DNA of 64,000 nucleotides from Anthoceros angustus (GCA_010909165.1 MU008218.1:62001-126000), one strand, 5' to 3'. Positions 10,913-24,897 are shown, counted from the stretch's first letter. The notes: generated by a model from the letters alone, not told the origin. Translations and numbers: made by a program.

Positions 10913-13900
10913 GCGGAGGCGAGAAGAACGCATTTCAAGCCGCAAAGTACTTTGTTGAAGAAGTTACGGGCTTCGACGATAAGGCCCTTTACAAAACATG
11001 GATGAAGGTGGGTAAAACTCGCCAATCCCCCGATTGGCTCTTCCGCCTCTCTCTATTCTACTGTTTTTTCTCGGGACCACAGCGGCCTCGCTGTGCCCCA
11101 GAAAAATCGGATGCTCACTGATGTTTCTGCCATGGATTTGCGCTCTCTAGATCTGGTGCCGCATGTTGAGCCCGCATGGCAATAGCATGCAATGCCTTGT
11201 GTCTAAGGTGGTGTGACTCTTGCAGGCCACTGTCACGAGAAATGGCTTGGCCAGGAGCAGCAGGCTGGAGAATATGTGCTGGAGGATTTGGCACATCGCT
11301 CGCAAGAAGAAGCAGGTTTGAAGGGCATCTTCTTCTTCTTCGTCTTCCATCTTCGCCCAGTAACACTAGTGCTTTGATTCTCCAAATTTGGGCACTTTGA
11401 AGATTTCATCCCTGCATGTTAGGTCGAGAGGGAGGATGCACGAAGAGTGGCCACCCGAAACATGGACCGTGACCAGAGTCGCAGGGATGCCACCGAGGAC
11501 ATGTCGGAAGATCTCTCTGAAGGAGAAAAGGTGGATGCTTCTCAAGAGGGTGGTGCCCGCTTGTCCAGGTTGAACTCTGATGCGCAACTAGCTTTCAATC
11601 CTGACGAACAGAAGGAGAAGCGCCTCTACATGGTCCTCATTAGGTATCTTACAATCCCGTTACTCTGTTTACCTCCAGCATATGCGGACGTGTTTCGATC
11701 TTCGTTGCATCTCATCCCATGTGGTATCAATGCTCGTGTTACAGCCTGCATGGATTAGTCCGGGGTGAAAACATGGAGCTTGGAAGGGATTCAGACACTG
11801 GGGGACAGGTGAATTTTCCTCTGCTATTGCCTGCTCGTCGTTGCTGATTTGTGCCCGTTTGCCTCCGCAAACGTCTGAAGGGAGCCAAATCTGCAGGTGA
11901 AGTACGTCGTGGAGTTGGCCCGAGCGTTGGCTATCATGCCTGAAGTATACCGAGTTGATCTTTTGACTCGTCAGATCTGCGCACCAGAAGTTGATTGGAG
12001 CTATGGTGAGCCCACAGAGATGTTGACTCCTCTAGCAACGGAGAACATTTGCCACACAGGTGACAGTAGCGGAGCCTACATTGTCCGCATTCCTTGTGGT
12101 CCCAGGGATCAGTACATCCGCAAGGAGCTCCTCTGGCCACATATCCAGGAGTTTGTGGATGGTGCGCTTACTCACATCCTCAACATGGCAAAGGTTCTTG
12201 GTGATCAGATTGCGGGAGGAGAGTTTGTGTGGCCCCATGTCATTCACGGTCATTATGCAGACGCTGGAGACAGTGCCTCCCTCTTGTCAGGTGCTCTCAA
12301 CGTGCCCATGGTGCTAACTGGGCATTCTCTAGGGCGGAACAAACTAGAACAGCTGCTGAAGCAGGGGAGACACACACACGAGGACATCAACGCAACTTAC
12401 AGGATTATGCGCCGGATAGAGGCTGAGGAACTTTCTCTTGACGCTGCGGAGCTCGTCATCACAAGTACCAAGCAGGAGATTGAAGAGCAGTGGGGTCTGT
12501 ATGATGGATTCACTGTGAGGCTGGAAAAAGTGTTCAGATTGCGGGCAAAGCGGGGACTCGGCTGCCATGGTCGCTACATGCCAAGAGTGGTGGTGTGTTT
12601 CCTACCCTTGGCAGATCTAGGGGTCACAGCTCAAGTTCTTGCCACAGAACTCGAGTCTTTGACACCTTCTTTGTTTCTAATTGAAAGATGCATACAAAGG
12701 TTGCCATCAAGTTTTCGAATTGCTGCTTCCCTGAAATCTCTTTGGCAACTCTTTTCTTGTTGCATCACCCATTATAACCTGGATCTGGAACAGTTGGTTA
12801 ACGTGTATCGCTGACCATCGATAGGTCTTACCGCCTGGGATGGACTTTAGCAATGTTGATGTCCAAGACATGGGAGATACCGACAGCGATTTAGACGTCC
12901 CAACATTCGCTGGCTCAGAAGCTATTCCTGCTACACCTTCGTCCCCACGTCGTGAGCCTCCCATATGGTCTGGAGTAAGTTCTTCTGCCAAAGCTGTCCA
13001 TATTGACAACCCTGCTGGGGAAGCCTCAAGTCTCTGTTTTTGCCTTCGCCTCTGGACGATTGAAAGCTTGTATGCATCCCTTTAACTCTTTACTGCTGGC
13101 AGATCATGCGCTTCTTCTCCAACCCTCACAAGCCCATGATTTTAGCCCTGGCTCGACCTGACCCAAAGAAGAACATAACTACTTTGCTGAAGGCATTTGG
13201 AGAGTGTTACCCGCTGCGGGAACTTGCGAACTTGGTACGTCCTGCCTCCGCAGAAAGCCGGTTCTTCACAACTTCACATACTATGTACCCAATGCATTAT
13301 CAACTCCAGAATTTAAACTGCCTCGGGCCGTGCAGACCCTTGTCATGGGCAACAGAGATGATATCGATGAGATGTCCGGAGGAAATGCAATCGTCTTGAC
13401 TACAGTACTGAAGCTCATTGACAGGTATGACCTTTATGGTCAAGTGGCTTATCCAAAACATCACACCCAGAGCGAGGTACCAGACATCTACCGGCTTGCA
13501 GCTAAAACTAAGGTGCGGTATTTGACAATTGAGACAACTTTCCCCTGTTTTTCACAATTGCAGAAGAAGACACACTGTTGCTGGACTCGACATCTTTCTA
13601 ATACATGGCTGACATCTTTCTAATACTTGGCAGGGAGTATTTATTAACCCAGCTCTAGTCGAACCTTTCGGTCTCACCTTGATTGAGGTACTCGCAGCGG
13701 GCCCTAAAATATAAAACGTTTTTGTCCTCTTCGTTTCATCCGGGGGCTATGCCCAAAACGCCAGGCTGGCTCTTGTTTTTATCCTCTATGGTCTAATCGT
13801 TTGACGGTTGTACTTTCCATTATCAGGCGGCTGCCCATGGTTTACCAATCGTTGCAACGCAAAATGGAGGACCTGTGGACATCCTACGGGTCAGACAAGC

Positions 13901-15552
13901 CAAGTAGTGAATGGAAATTTGGTCTGACTTTAACAAGGAAAATCAACTAAATTGTGCGGATTTGTACTGTGCAGACTTTGAACAATGGCATATTGGTGGA
14001 TCCTCATGATGAAAAACAAATTGCAGAAGCACTGCGGAGGCTTGTGGCTGATAGAGGACTTTGGTCTGAATGTCGTCGTAACGGATTGAAGAACATTCAG
14101 CTTTATTCGTGGCCCGAACATTGCCGGATATATCTTTCAAGGATCGCTCTTTGCAGGATGAGGCATCCAGAATGGCAAAATGATGGTAATATCGATGGTG
14201 ATCCGGATGCAGAGTCCCAGGGTGATTCTTTGAGAGATGTCCGTGATCTGCGTCTGTCTGTTGATGGGGACAAACTTCCACCGGGTTCTCTTAGCAATCC
14301 TGCTGACCTGGAGAAAGCTCTGAGGATTAGTGCCTCCGATCAGCTACAAAGATCACCGAGTAAACGCCTGGCCCGGCTGGAATCCATGCAAGAGGACACT
14401 CAATTTGGCAGTCGGGGCTCAAACTCAAGTGACAAAACGACGCAAAGCGGCTCTACCATGCCAGCTCGGATTCCCATAAGGAGGAGGAAGACGCTGATCA
14501 TAATAGCAGTGGACAGCTATGATGCCTCAACTGGCGAGCCAGATGAAGGGATGGTGAAAACAGTGCAAGGAATCCTGAGAGACTTTAAGTTGGAAGGAAG
14601 TGGACGTGCAACTGGGTACATGTTGTCAACCGCCTTGTCGCTCACAGGGACTCAGGCTTTGTTGAAGAGGGCTGGGCTATCTGTGTTGGAGTTCGATGCT
14701 ATAGTTTGCAGCAGCGGAAGCAAACTTTATTATCCTTCTGATGGAGGGGAGTTGCTTCTGGAACCAGATGCTGATTATGATGCTCACATAGACTATCGAT
14801 GGGGTGGAGAAGGCTTGAAAAAAACAATGGCACGTTATATTGCTGGCTCAGACGATGAGAACGTGGAGAGGAAGAGGATACCAGCCCTTGCGGAAGATGC
14901 CCAAGGGTGCAATGCTCATTGCCACGCTTATCGAGTAGTCAACTCATCCGTTGTAAGGACCTGTATGAAGCGTGTCCCAGCTGTATTGTTGCTTCTTTAG
15001 ACCCGTCATGGTCGGGATGGCTGTGATCCCGCTTCTGATGTATGTTTGCATTGCCTCAACTGCAGGTTCCGGCTGTGGATGCTCTTCGACAGGTTCTTCG
15101 CAAACGTGGTTTGAGGTGTCACGTTATTTACACTGAGGCAGCTACCAAGCTACACCTGCTTCCACTATTAGCCTCCCGGTCACAAGCTATGAGGTATTCG
15201 GCACTTCACTATCTAAAGCACTGCTCACAGTGACCATCCTCCAGTAGTACCTTCAGTAACGATGAATGGTTGATGCAGGTACTTGTTTGTCCGCTGGGGC
15301 CTTGATGTTGCAAGAATGTTATTGTTTGTGGGAGAAACAGGAGACACAGACTACGAAGAAATGCTTTCTGGCACACACAAGACAGTGGTATTGAAGGGTG
15401 CTGTGCAGACGGGTTCTGATAAGCTTCTGCGAGCACCTACCAGTTATCACAAGGATGATGTTGTCCCGGCTGAAAGCCCCAACATTGTCCTGGTTGACAA
15501 TAACTCAGGCGCAATACTAGATGCTGTGAAGAAATTTGGGTTGCAATTTTGA
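10813..15552 (+). CDS. SPS: Sucrose-phosphate synthase, 13 exons (10813-11007, 11226-11315, 11423-11643, 11745-11808, 11897-12592, 12825-12974, 13103-13234, 13336-13512, 13634-13687, 13827-13889, 13975-14952, 15066-15193, 15279-15552)
   Basis: Motifs [55 protein letters not shown] and [12 protein letters not shown], plus a C-terminal SPP-like domain. Splice phases are consistent. Confidence 0.97.
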
Positions 15553-16339
15553 TTCCGTTAGCTTCTATGGTCATAGTAAGGCACCATTCATTGCTACATG
15601 TATGGAACTGACAAATCTCAGGGGTGTACTACCCACTAACCTGGGCAGCACCGACAGCCTGGAGTAGTGACACAACGTTAAATAAGCCTGCTGAAAGCTG
15701 TATGCATGTGTGGATTAGACTGTGGCGAAGCACAGAGGATGCTAGGATCTGCATACCACTCCCTACTGTATGCTGGCTGCCAGGCAAGGATGCCTGTTGA
15801 AATGTTGAGAAATAAAGCGAGATCAGCTCCTGGCAAGGACTTGGCTTGGCGTAGTATTCACTCACCCCGTTGCCATCCAAAATTAGATCTGCCTTTCACC
15901 CAAGGACCTGAATGGAGAAAGGGACACCACCCCCCACGAGCCAAAATGGAATTGGGCTTTTTACATCCTAGAAAAAGAAAAAAGAAGAAAGGGAGTAGAA
16001 TGAAGATGCGGTTACGACCCTTTTATTATCGACCACAACAGGACTCGGTACGGAGTCATTAGCCTGTCTACAGTCTTATCAACCAAAATAGAACTGGTCT
16101 ACATAGGGGTACATAGTCTTCAGAGTGTGTGAAGTCGTTGTTATTGTTCCTAACGGTTCAAAACTCAGACCCCGTAGACGGGCTAGCAGAGCTCTGAACA
16201 ATTTGCCGTGGACGGGAAATGAAAGCTAGCGCGGCTGCTGGGGAGACGTGGCCAGCAGTGCTTGAGCTGGGCCTGATTCATCCAGATTCGGATTGTTGTG
16301 AGACTCGCAGCATGTTCTCCTCTGGTCCGCAGGGCCTTG

Positions 16340-18845
16340 TCATCGGATAACGCGCCCATCTGTCCGACTGGTGGAAGACTTCCAGGCCAACTCTAAACTG
16401 TCCAGCACATCTGATGTATTTGGCCGATCGCAACCTTTTGGCTGTACGCACTCACAGGCCAGTAAAGCTATTCGCTTTAACGCACTAGGGGAATAATCAC
16501 CACATAGCTTGGGATCCGCCACTCGCGAATATTCCTCGTTCTCAATCTCTTGCGACAACTGGAATTGAGAATAATCAGCAATGACAGCACACACTGAGAG
16601 CCATACTCTTCCTGAAAGCCAGGGATGGATCACTTACCTCTTGGACAATTGATCTATTACCGTCGCCCCCAGTCTCGATGGCCTTCCTCCCGCTGATGAG
16701 CTGCAGAAGAACAACTCCGAAACTGTATACGTCACAGGCCTCCGTGACTTGTCCCAAGAGCAGGTACTCCGGGTCAAGGTAGCCACTAGTGCCTTTCACG
16801 GCTGTTGATAAATGTGAGGCCTCCAGTCCAATGAGCTTTGACAGTCCGAAATCCGACAGCTTGGCTTCGAGGGATTGGTTCAGGAGTATATTTGAGGGCT
16901 GCAGGAATGAACGCAGAACTCACGTCACACTTCCTAAGCTCCTCCAGCACAACTCAACAGTCTAAGCTGTGGACATTACCTTTATGTCTCTATGTATGAT
17001 CACCCCATCCGGATAATCGTGGAGAAAGGCCAACCCTCTTGCACAGTCCAGTGCGATGGAAACACGCTGAACCCATGTCAACGAGTCTGCACCTGCGCGG
17101 GCAACAAATAAACAAGCAGCTTAATGGGGGGAATCAACGGTAAGGAGACAGGCACAGAATTAACATCTCGTCCACTCTGTTAAGTCGATGCCATCAACAC
17201 AGATAACAAAGAGTGAAAGGCTATACCTCCCAGCCTCCCTTGCAGATCTCCGTTGGACATATACTCGTATACAAGCATGTACGCGTGCTTGTGTTGACAG
17301 TAACCCAGTAAAGCCGTGAGATTTGGATGCCGGACACGGACCAGGAGCAATACTTCCTGGCGGAATGAGTCAAGGTTTTCCGCATTGACTATGCACTTGA
17401 CCGCAACATCCTGTCCACTTGGAAGTCGACCTCTGTAAACTTTACCTGCACTTCCCTTTCCAACCAGAAGCGAATTGCTGAAGTTGTTTGTTGCTCTCAA
17501 AATCTCTCTTATTGTGAAGGTATAGCAGCTTTCCTTTGGCAGGTCGACCATTTCAAGAGGGACTAATGCAGCACGACTTCCTGTTGACATCAATAGAAGT
17601 CACAGTGATTTGGCACGGACGAAGCCTAGAAAGTAGTTAGAGCATTTGTCTACAGCGAAGCCGCCTTACCTGACATTGCCCTTGAGAGGACATAAGAAGC
17701 ACTTCTTTTTCTCCGGAAGTAACCAACGCTCAATGCTGATAAAACAACAACACCAGCGGTCCCAAAAATTCCGGCAATTATTATCAAGACCTTGGGAACT
17801 ACCGAAGTTCCTCGCCGGTGTGCTGTTCAAAACACAAACGAGTTTTGTTAGGAGTGCCTCAGATATATTGCTAGGCCGATACAGTGTTGACGTCTTGATA
17901 AACAAGAAGCCTACATAAGGAAGCCAAACGATTTGAACCCTCCGAAGCTGTGAACAACACCTGTAGGTTCTGGGCTTGGAGCTTCTCCATGATGATCAGT
18001 AAAGTACTCTGAAATTCAGCCACTGGACAGTTAGCACCGTCATGTATTCCACAAACATTGCTCATTCAGCTAGAGGGTGGTAACACGGAGGTACCTGAGA
18101 CTGGAACGTTTTCCAGGATTTGCAGGGCACAAGTGAAGAAACTCTCAAAGTGCGTGATGTCTAGATTGAGACTAGTCAAGGCGGCAGCAATGCTTGTACC
18201 ACAAGCACCAGGGTCATCTCCTGTCCGGTTAGCCAGTTCCAAAGACGCCAGAAGTAGTTGCCCTTGACATGTTTGACAGTTTTTGTGCCCAACCTCCAGG
18301 CCCTCTCCACATGCCTTGCATACATTGCGAATATCATACTTGCGCTCCAGCTCTGCCTTTGTACCGAACTGGCAAGAGGATGCACCACGTGTGATCCTTG
18401 ATGGCGGTAATGGGCAGCTCCTTAAAAGGTTCTGATTGATTCGTAGCACCCTCTGAAGCTCATCCTGGTAATTGCGCACACAGACTTCCGCTTGAGAGCG
18501 ATTCAAAAAGATGCGTCCTGTTGCATTGGTGTATCGAGCAATTGCAAAGAGAGCTGCGCTGTAAATTTCCCGACAGCAGATCTCCAAGGTCAAATCTGCA
18601 CTCGAGCTCCAAGAAGTACCCTGGCAAAGGGGAGTCAACGCCTTCAGAGTAGAGAAGTTATATGGACAAGACGAACCTGAAACTCGTAGAGACAGCAAAC
18701 AACGCAGAATCAGCTGAGGACCAGACCTGCACTCAAACAAACTAAGCAGATTGGAGCCGCGATCGATCTTACTTGCGTTAAGTTGGGCCCGCACAGATGT
18801 CGCAAACAGCGCGTAGACCAGCGTCATCCAAATCCTTCTCTCCAT
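16340..18845 (-). CDS. Receptor-like kinase with Cys-rich SPARK-type ectodomain, URK-2-like (exons 18845-18773, 18676-18095, 18008-17961, 17822-17670, 17580-17227, 17092-16980, 16898-16638, 16558-16340)
   Basis: Signal peptide, a Cys-rich ectodomain (CPYNFS...CCREIY..AIARYTNATG...C..C), TM segment VLIIIAGIFGTAGVVVLSALSVGYF followed by RRKR, and kinase motifs GKGSAGKVY, VAVK, HRDIKPSN, DFG and GYLDPEY. Confidence 0.9.
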
Positions 18846-20081
18846 TGAAGCTGTTCCTCAGCTCGCCAGAGGATCGTGGCAACAGCAAAAGCGCATTCAG
18901 CTACACCACCCTTCTTTCCTCCACAACTTTTAAGTTCTGTGGCCCGCAGGTTGGATCCCGACACGTACCACTCCCTTTCATAGTGCGGCCATGCAAGTAA
19001 AGAGCAAGATCCCCGGACTTGAGAACCCCTCTTCCGAATTACGACACCGCAAGCCCAGCCAAGACCCTTGGTGAAGAAAATCGAGCTCGCCAAGGGGCCT
19101 CGGAAACCATCCCTCAATCACGACATGCTGAAGTTCCGTATCTCTCTCCTCCACCCGGTAGCAAGTGTGCCGCAGCTCACAGAAAAGCAGGTGGCAACCA
19201 AAACACCTTCACGCCCGACGTACGCTGACAGCCACACCGCTCCGCATTAACAGAAGCCACAAGGACAACTACGCCAAATCCTTGACAAGAATTCTGCACA
19301 AGGAGGACGCCCTGTCATTCTTTTGACACATGACGCTGCCACAATCACGTAGTAGAAGTCAATTTCCAGCGCACTGCACCACTTCTTACACACAACTGTG
19401 TAGGTCTAACTGCGATCCCATCCTGGATTGTGAGGAGCTCAGACAGCTGGAAGGCAGGTAAGCGAGGATTGAAATAGGCGTAGGCGACTGCAGCACTGGA
19501 AGAAAGGGATCGGGAAGATAAGAATTGCAAGGCTTCTTGATCCAGTTGAAGGCTGCATTGCATGGCATTGCCTGCGTGACATTTTCCAGCCGTGGCGCAA
19601 TCCTGCTCGCATGAGATTTAGGGCCTGCTTAATGGCTGGATCGTGAAGTTCACGTACACCGAGCGTGGCGCTTTGAATTGTCGCTGGCGCCACCAGCGAT
19701 AGTGCATTAAAGTGTCGCTTGGAGACGTCAAATCGATTGACGTTCAAACGTCCTTGGGACTTTGGCGGGACGGGACGGAGGCTTCAGCTTCATTTATTTC
19801 GCTGCTTAATTAGGCAAGCGTGTGGATGTCCGGTCTCGCTTGCATCCTCCCTTCTCGATTGCGGGCGGAAATTTGGGCATCCGTGGTATTTGCCTGTTGT
19901 GGGAGCTGTTGATGGTGGTGGGCGGGAGTTGGGGATTTCCTGCTCCTGATGTTGGGTGTTTGGAAGCGGGGAAGAATTGTGCAGACCGTGTGCGTGCAGG
20001 TTGCGAGCCTGGAGCGCAGTGCATGTGGTGGAGGAATTGGGGAGTGATTTCGGAGAAATTGCGGGGGAATTGGTGGGAGAG

Positions 20082-23000
20082 ATGGCGTCCTGCTCCAGCT
20101 GGTTGCTGCTGCTGACGGACGATTTTGTCAAGATTTTGCAAGACATGGTGTTCACGTTCGGGAAGTACCACGAGGCGCAGGCGGACTTGAAGCAGGCAGT
20201 GCGGGCCTTGGACGCTCCCGACCCGCAGGCTCTGGCGATGAATTACTCCAGTCTGAGCGAGCTTTTGGCCTCGGTTTGGCCCTGCGAGAGTAAATATATT
20301 GCAGCCTTCGGGCCCACGGGGTGCGGGAAATCCACTCTCCTGGTATGTATGTTGGCGTTTTTGAATTGTGGGGGATGATGGGGGAGTTGGCAGAAGCCTT
20401 TGGTGAGCGTGTTGTTGTTTTTGTTGTGGTTGTGGTGGGTGGGTGCAGAATATGCTTCTGTGGTTGACATGCTTGGCTGGGGAGGAGTATGGGAAGGGTA
20501 TCAAGAGGGATCCCAGTGTGCTGCGGGACATTGCGAAAGCTTACGGGAAGGAGCAGGAGGGAGGCTCCAGGGTGAGTGAGGACGCGGTTGAGATGTCTCA
20601 GTCAGGTGCGGATCATGCGCAGGGTGGTGATCCTTCCCGCAGTGTGGTGAGTGCTCCAGATATCAGGAAGGAAAGGCACTCCATGGCCAGTGTGTTAGGA
20701 GTGTGTTGTGCAGACAGCAGGGAGAGCTATCTGAGCATCCATTTGACTGAATTTGACAACAGGCCCTTTCTTCTCCCGAGTGGGAGAATGGGAGATGCCG
20801 GCACAACCAAGGTCACGGCAATTGAGTGGGGGTCCAAGTTTGTGGGACGGATTCGGTGGGTGAGCTCCAGCAAACTTCGGAAGCAGTTCAAGGAACTGAG
20901 ACAGCTTGTGGGCACGAACAAGGAAGGTGAGGAGGTCTGTAAGGAAGATGAAGTCAAGAAGCGTGAGCTGACGGAGTTGTGGGAATCGCTTTGGAAACTG
21001 ATAGGCATGCCCAATCCTGGGCCTGAGAAGGAGTCAGAGGTAGACACTTTGATTCAGAGTTTGGGAAAGATTGTTAAGCTGGGCAAGGAAGAAGTTATCG
21101 GATGTTCTCCAACGAAAGGGTTGGTTTCAGACACTGGTTAGCATGTCATGTTGTCATTCCGGGCTGAAACTGAAGCTGAGGCTGTTATCATTCATTTCCT
21201 CTGGGGTAGTGCCTCTGGGGTTGGAGGGTAGCTAAGATGAAAGCTTTTCGCAGGTTCATGTGGGATCGGATTGCGGTCAGGGACGGCATGCACCGACGAC
21301 TTTGTGAAGAAAGGCTCGGTATACTAGTTGAAGATATCCGGATTCAGGCTCCAATACCCAGCTTAGAAGGTGGGGTGGTTCTCCTGGATGTGCCGGGAAG
21401 TAATGATCCTCGGTCACTGCATCAGAAGGAGACACGGGATGCTATAGGCCGAGTCTCCTTGATACTCCTCATTCTGGACAAGGCTGTCATTGATAAGGAT
21501 ACCGAGAAAATGTTAGAGGAGAATCCGGTTTTAGATCGTATGCTGGTGGATACGGAGGATGCAACCTGCAATCTCGTGGTGGTTGGCATTGCGGAGAAAG
21601 GCCACAGTCGGACTGACAGCTATCAAGATCTGATTTCAAGCTTTGATGTTGGAAATAGGCTGTCAAGAGTGATGAGGTCCATACTCTTCAAAAAAGCTAG
21701 CAAGCTGGTGCAGAGAAAAGAGATGACCAAGGAAAATGCAAAACAGGTCGTCAACAGCATCATCAACTCCAATCGCTTTACTGTTCTTCCAGTTCTTCCT
21801 TGTCTCGCTGCTTCTGTTCACTTGAGTCCTGCAAATCATGATTTGCATAAGATATTTTGTTTGGCCCCGGAAGAAACCTGTATAATGAAAATGGATCCAG
21901 GAGATGTCAGAAGAAAAGTCTTAATGACCAATATACCACAACTGCTGGAGAGGATACATTCTGTTCGGCGACCACCCAACGAAGCTCAATTGCTGGAGAG
22001 TATAGAGACAGCGTTAAGCTTCATTACGAACTTGGAAAACAACGCTCAGGTTAGACGTGCATTTCATCATGTTATTTTTGATGTAAATGATCTGATGAGC
22101 CTGCTCTTTATGTGCTAGCAGATAGACGAGTCCGTTAGGGACTTTTTGATCAGGGAGCTAAATTACATGCTGAGGAGACGTGCTGAGGATATCAAGTTGC
22201 CTCAGCCCCCTCCTCTAGACCTCGATTGGGTGACGGCCAGATTTGCCGCATGCCGAAGCGGAAGTCAGATGAGTTTGGATGATCAGAACTCTTTGAGACA
22301 GGAACTCGCAGATAAGGCAAAAATTTCAGCACTTCAGGCATCTAAACATCTCCTTCCACTGGAAAATATTTGTCTTCGTGGTTTCCATCCTGGATACGTT
22401 GGTCTCCTAGCTTCGGAGATTTTGGAACCTGCGAAAAAGCTCTCAGAAGATTATGTTGGGCAGCTCCACAAGGACCTCTGCAAGGCAGTGCGTGGGCCAG
22501 ACTTCCGCTTCGAGGGTTCTTTCGCTTCTCTCTCTGAGGTGAAAGTTGCTCCTATCAAGCTTCTGAAACTTGCATGCCGGCCTGAGCTGATTGCATTGTC
22601 ACTGCATGTGACCTGTTGCGACAGGGTGGAGGATTATTTTGTGTGTCCCTGAAGGATCAAGTCGAGCAGACATGGGAGCTGGTTCTCAAGCAAATTCGCG
22701 CAAGATGCCTCGATGAGGGGCTGAGGCAACTACGGCTGGCCATAGTAAAAGCATGCGACAAGGGAGTCTTACACACTCTGAAAGAGCTCAAAGCTCTCCG
22801 GTCTGTATCAGCTTTCAGAATACGCTTGGACGAAGTACTCCTCAAGAACTCCATGGCTGACAAGGCTGCAGAGTTCGCAGGTCCAAGCGTGAAGACGATC
22901 ATGAATGAGTTCTGGACGAACTTCTCGACTGCTGTAACTCTCAAGGTGCGGGACCTTTGGACTCAGTGGCAAACCGAGATCGAGAAACTGTCCAAGAGCG

Positions 23001-23530
23001 TGAGCGAACGGCTGACATTTTCAGGGCAGAAGCGAGGCAGGGAGGATAACCAACAGGCAAGTGACGAGTGTTTAGATGAGTTCAAAGCTTCGCTCGAGGA
23101 ACAGAAACGGAAGCTGCAGGAGCTAAAGAATCGTTTGAAGAAGAGACTGGCCATTGGCACAGTTCCCTCTTTGGGCGATGAAGAAGATGGTAGATATGGG
23201 TACACCTTACTCCAGAAGGATCAAAAGTTCTCTTTCGAGCCTGGCCCTGGAGCAAGCATTCCACCCTCACAAACCCCGCAACAGAGCTCCAGAGATACCC
23301 TGACGAGACCAGGTTCCCAGCTTAGTAGAAGAGCACCAACAGCTGTTGGAAAGGCACCAGCTGCCAGAATCATCGTTCCTACGTCACCAAGACCTGTGCA
23401 GACCCTAAGGCGTCCAGCCGGGAGCCCCCATTCGAAGGTCATCACAATTTCAGAGGATGAGGTCCTGCAGCTTTCACCCAATCCTTCGCCTTCTCGAGGC
23501 AGAGGTAGTAAGAGAAGGCGACGTTCTTAA
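20082..23530 (+). CDS. Dynamin-superfamily large GTPase, SLIP-GC/NUGGC-like, ~1030 aa (exons ~20082-20342, 20449-21123, 21210-22049, 22122-22538, 22625-23530)
   Basis: G1 GPTGCGKST, G2-like LLPSG....GT and G3 VVLLDVPG, followed by a long helical/coiled-coil region and a basic C-terminus RGRGSKRRRRS. The introns splice at phase 0; the intron 2 boundaries are less certain. Confidence 0.78.
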
Positions 23531-24897
23531 CTGCTTAGAGCCTCCTGGGGCCAAGGGAAGGCGACCTTCAGACTCTGAGACTTGCATCTGTAGGTATTTA
23601 ACATGTACATACGAACCTTTCCCAAAGTGTTGGTGAAGCTCAGTAATTAAGCATATTTGACAACAAGTATAAACTGTGGGTGGTGGTAGTGAGAGTGGAT
23701 GAATTAGAGTCAGCGAGTTTAACCCCATAAGGACGGAGGGGTTTTCCAGCCCGGTTCAACAAAATACCATTACTTTTCAATAATTAAATAAATTTCAATA
23801 ATTAAATCATTTCGACCAACGCTATGGACGACAATTATAAGGTTGCTCTCCTCTACTTCTACATGTGCCTAGAAAAAGCTTCAACCTAAACAAGCTCCGC
23901 CCTCAATTTTCAGAATGATCTCGCTTACACCATGCAATGGCCATGAGGCAAAGCATCTTTGATCGATTAGGGAACATCTTTGATCCGATTCTTGAGCAAA
24001 CAATATGCCCACATGGAAAAATAGGATTGAGCATCTCCACAAAACATTGGCTAGATCTGCTGAATCTAGCCATGTCAAAACATTTTTCATGCGAGCAAAT
24101 CAGACATCAAAATTAACCAGAGATGGGCACACAAGTCGCGGAGGTTGAGGCTTTATCGTCAGTATTCGCAGCTCCTCGGTAGCCGGTGGAGATACCAAGG
24201 AGCGGCGGTAGGTTAGACAGGTTGGGGGAGTGGACAGTTGGTCATCGCAACTGAAGTAACCGGGCTACGTCGCTGGGGGCTACCTAATGGCCTGGATGTC
24301 ATATTTCTACATATCATATTCCTGTTGCATACCTTGCAAAAAGTGTGGGGGCTACTAGCCCTCACCATGTCATGGGGACACACACGCATAGACAGGGCAT
24401 GGCGACGAACACTGGGACACCAAATTGTAGAGTTGGTATGTGCTTTTGTCGCGTTTGCATGAGACAGAAAGCCTATAAACCAGGGGTAGACCCGAGTGGT
24501 TTCATAGCATCTTTCGGAATCTTTGTGATCTATCGGGCCTAGAAGGCCATTGAGATGGCTGATTTTTCAGTCAAAAAATGGAAGGGTCCAGAAGGCCCGA
24601 GGCATCCCGTATTCAAAGATCGAATTCATGAAATCCACATCCAAAAAATTCTATGGCCATGAAAGCAGGACGAATGACTCAAAATGAGTCTGGTCGTCAT
24701 TCTCGAGTTAACAATTCTCAGTGAGACTTCAAGTTTAGAAATGTGCACGATCGATGCATATGCAACTGAACAATGGAATAACTAATCGCATCCAAACCTG
24801 CAAGACCCCAATCTCAGCCGATGTTGGGGAATTTTCTAAAGCTCTCCGACTTGGCACTGCTGAGGTTTTATCTCATGAATTCCCATCAAGGACAGTC

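Noticed and set aside
17666-17910. Alternative longer exon in the receptor kinase (acceptor at 17910)
   Set aside because: That frame lacks the transmembrane helix. The acceptor at 17822 gives a phase-consistent TM exon.
1-23530. A functional gene cluster formed by the left-hand genes
   Set aside because: The products belong to unrelated pathways. Their proximity is explained by genome compactness.
23719-23736. TTAA-CCCCATAAGGACGG, resembling a piggyBac-type terminus
   Set aside because: I found no matching inverted end in the window.
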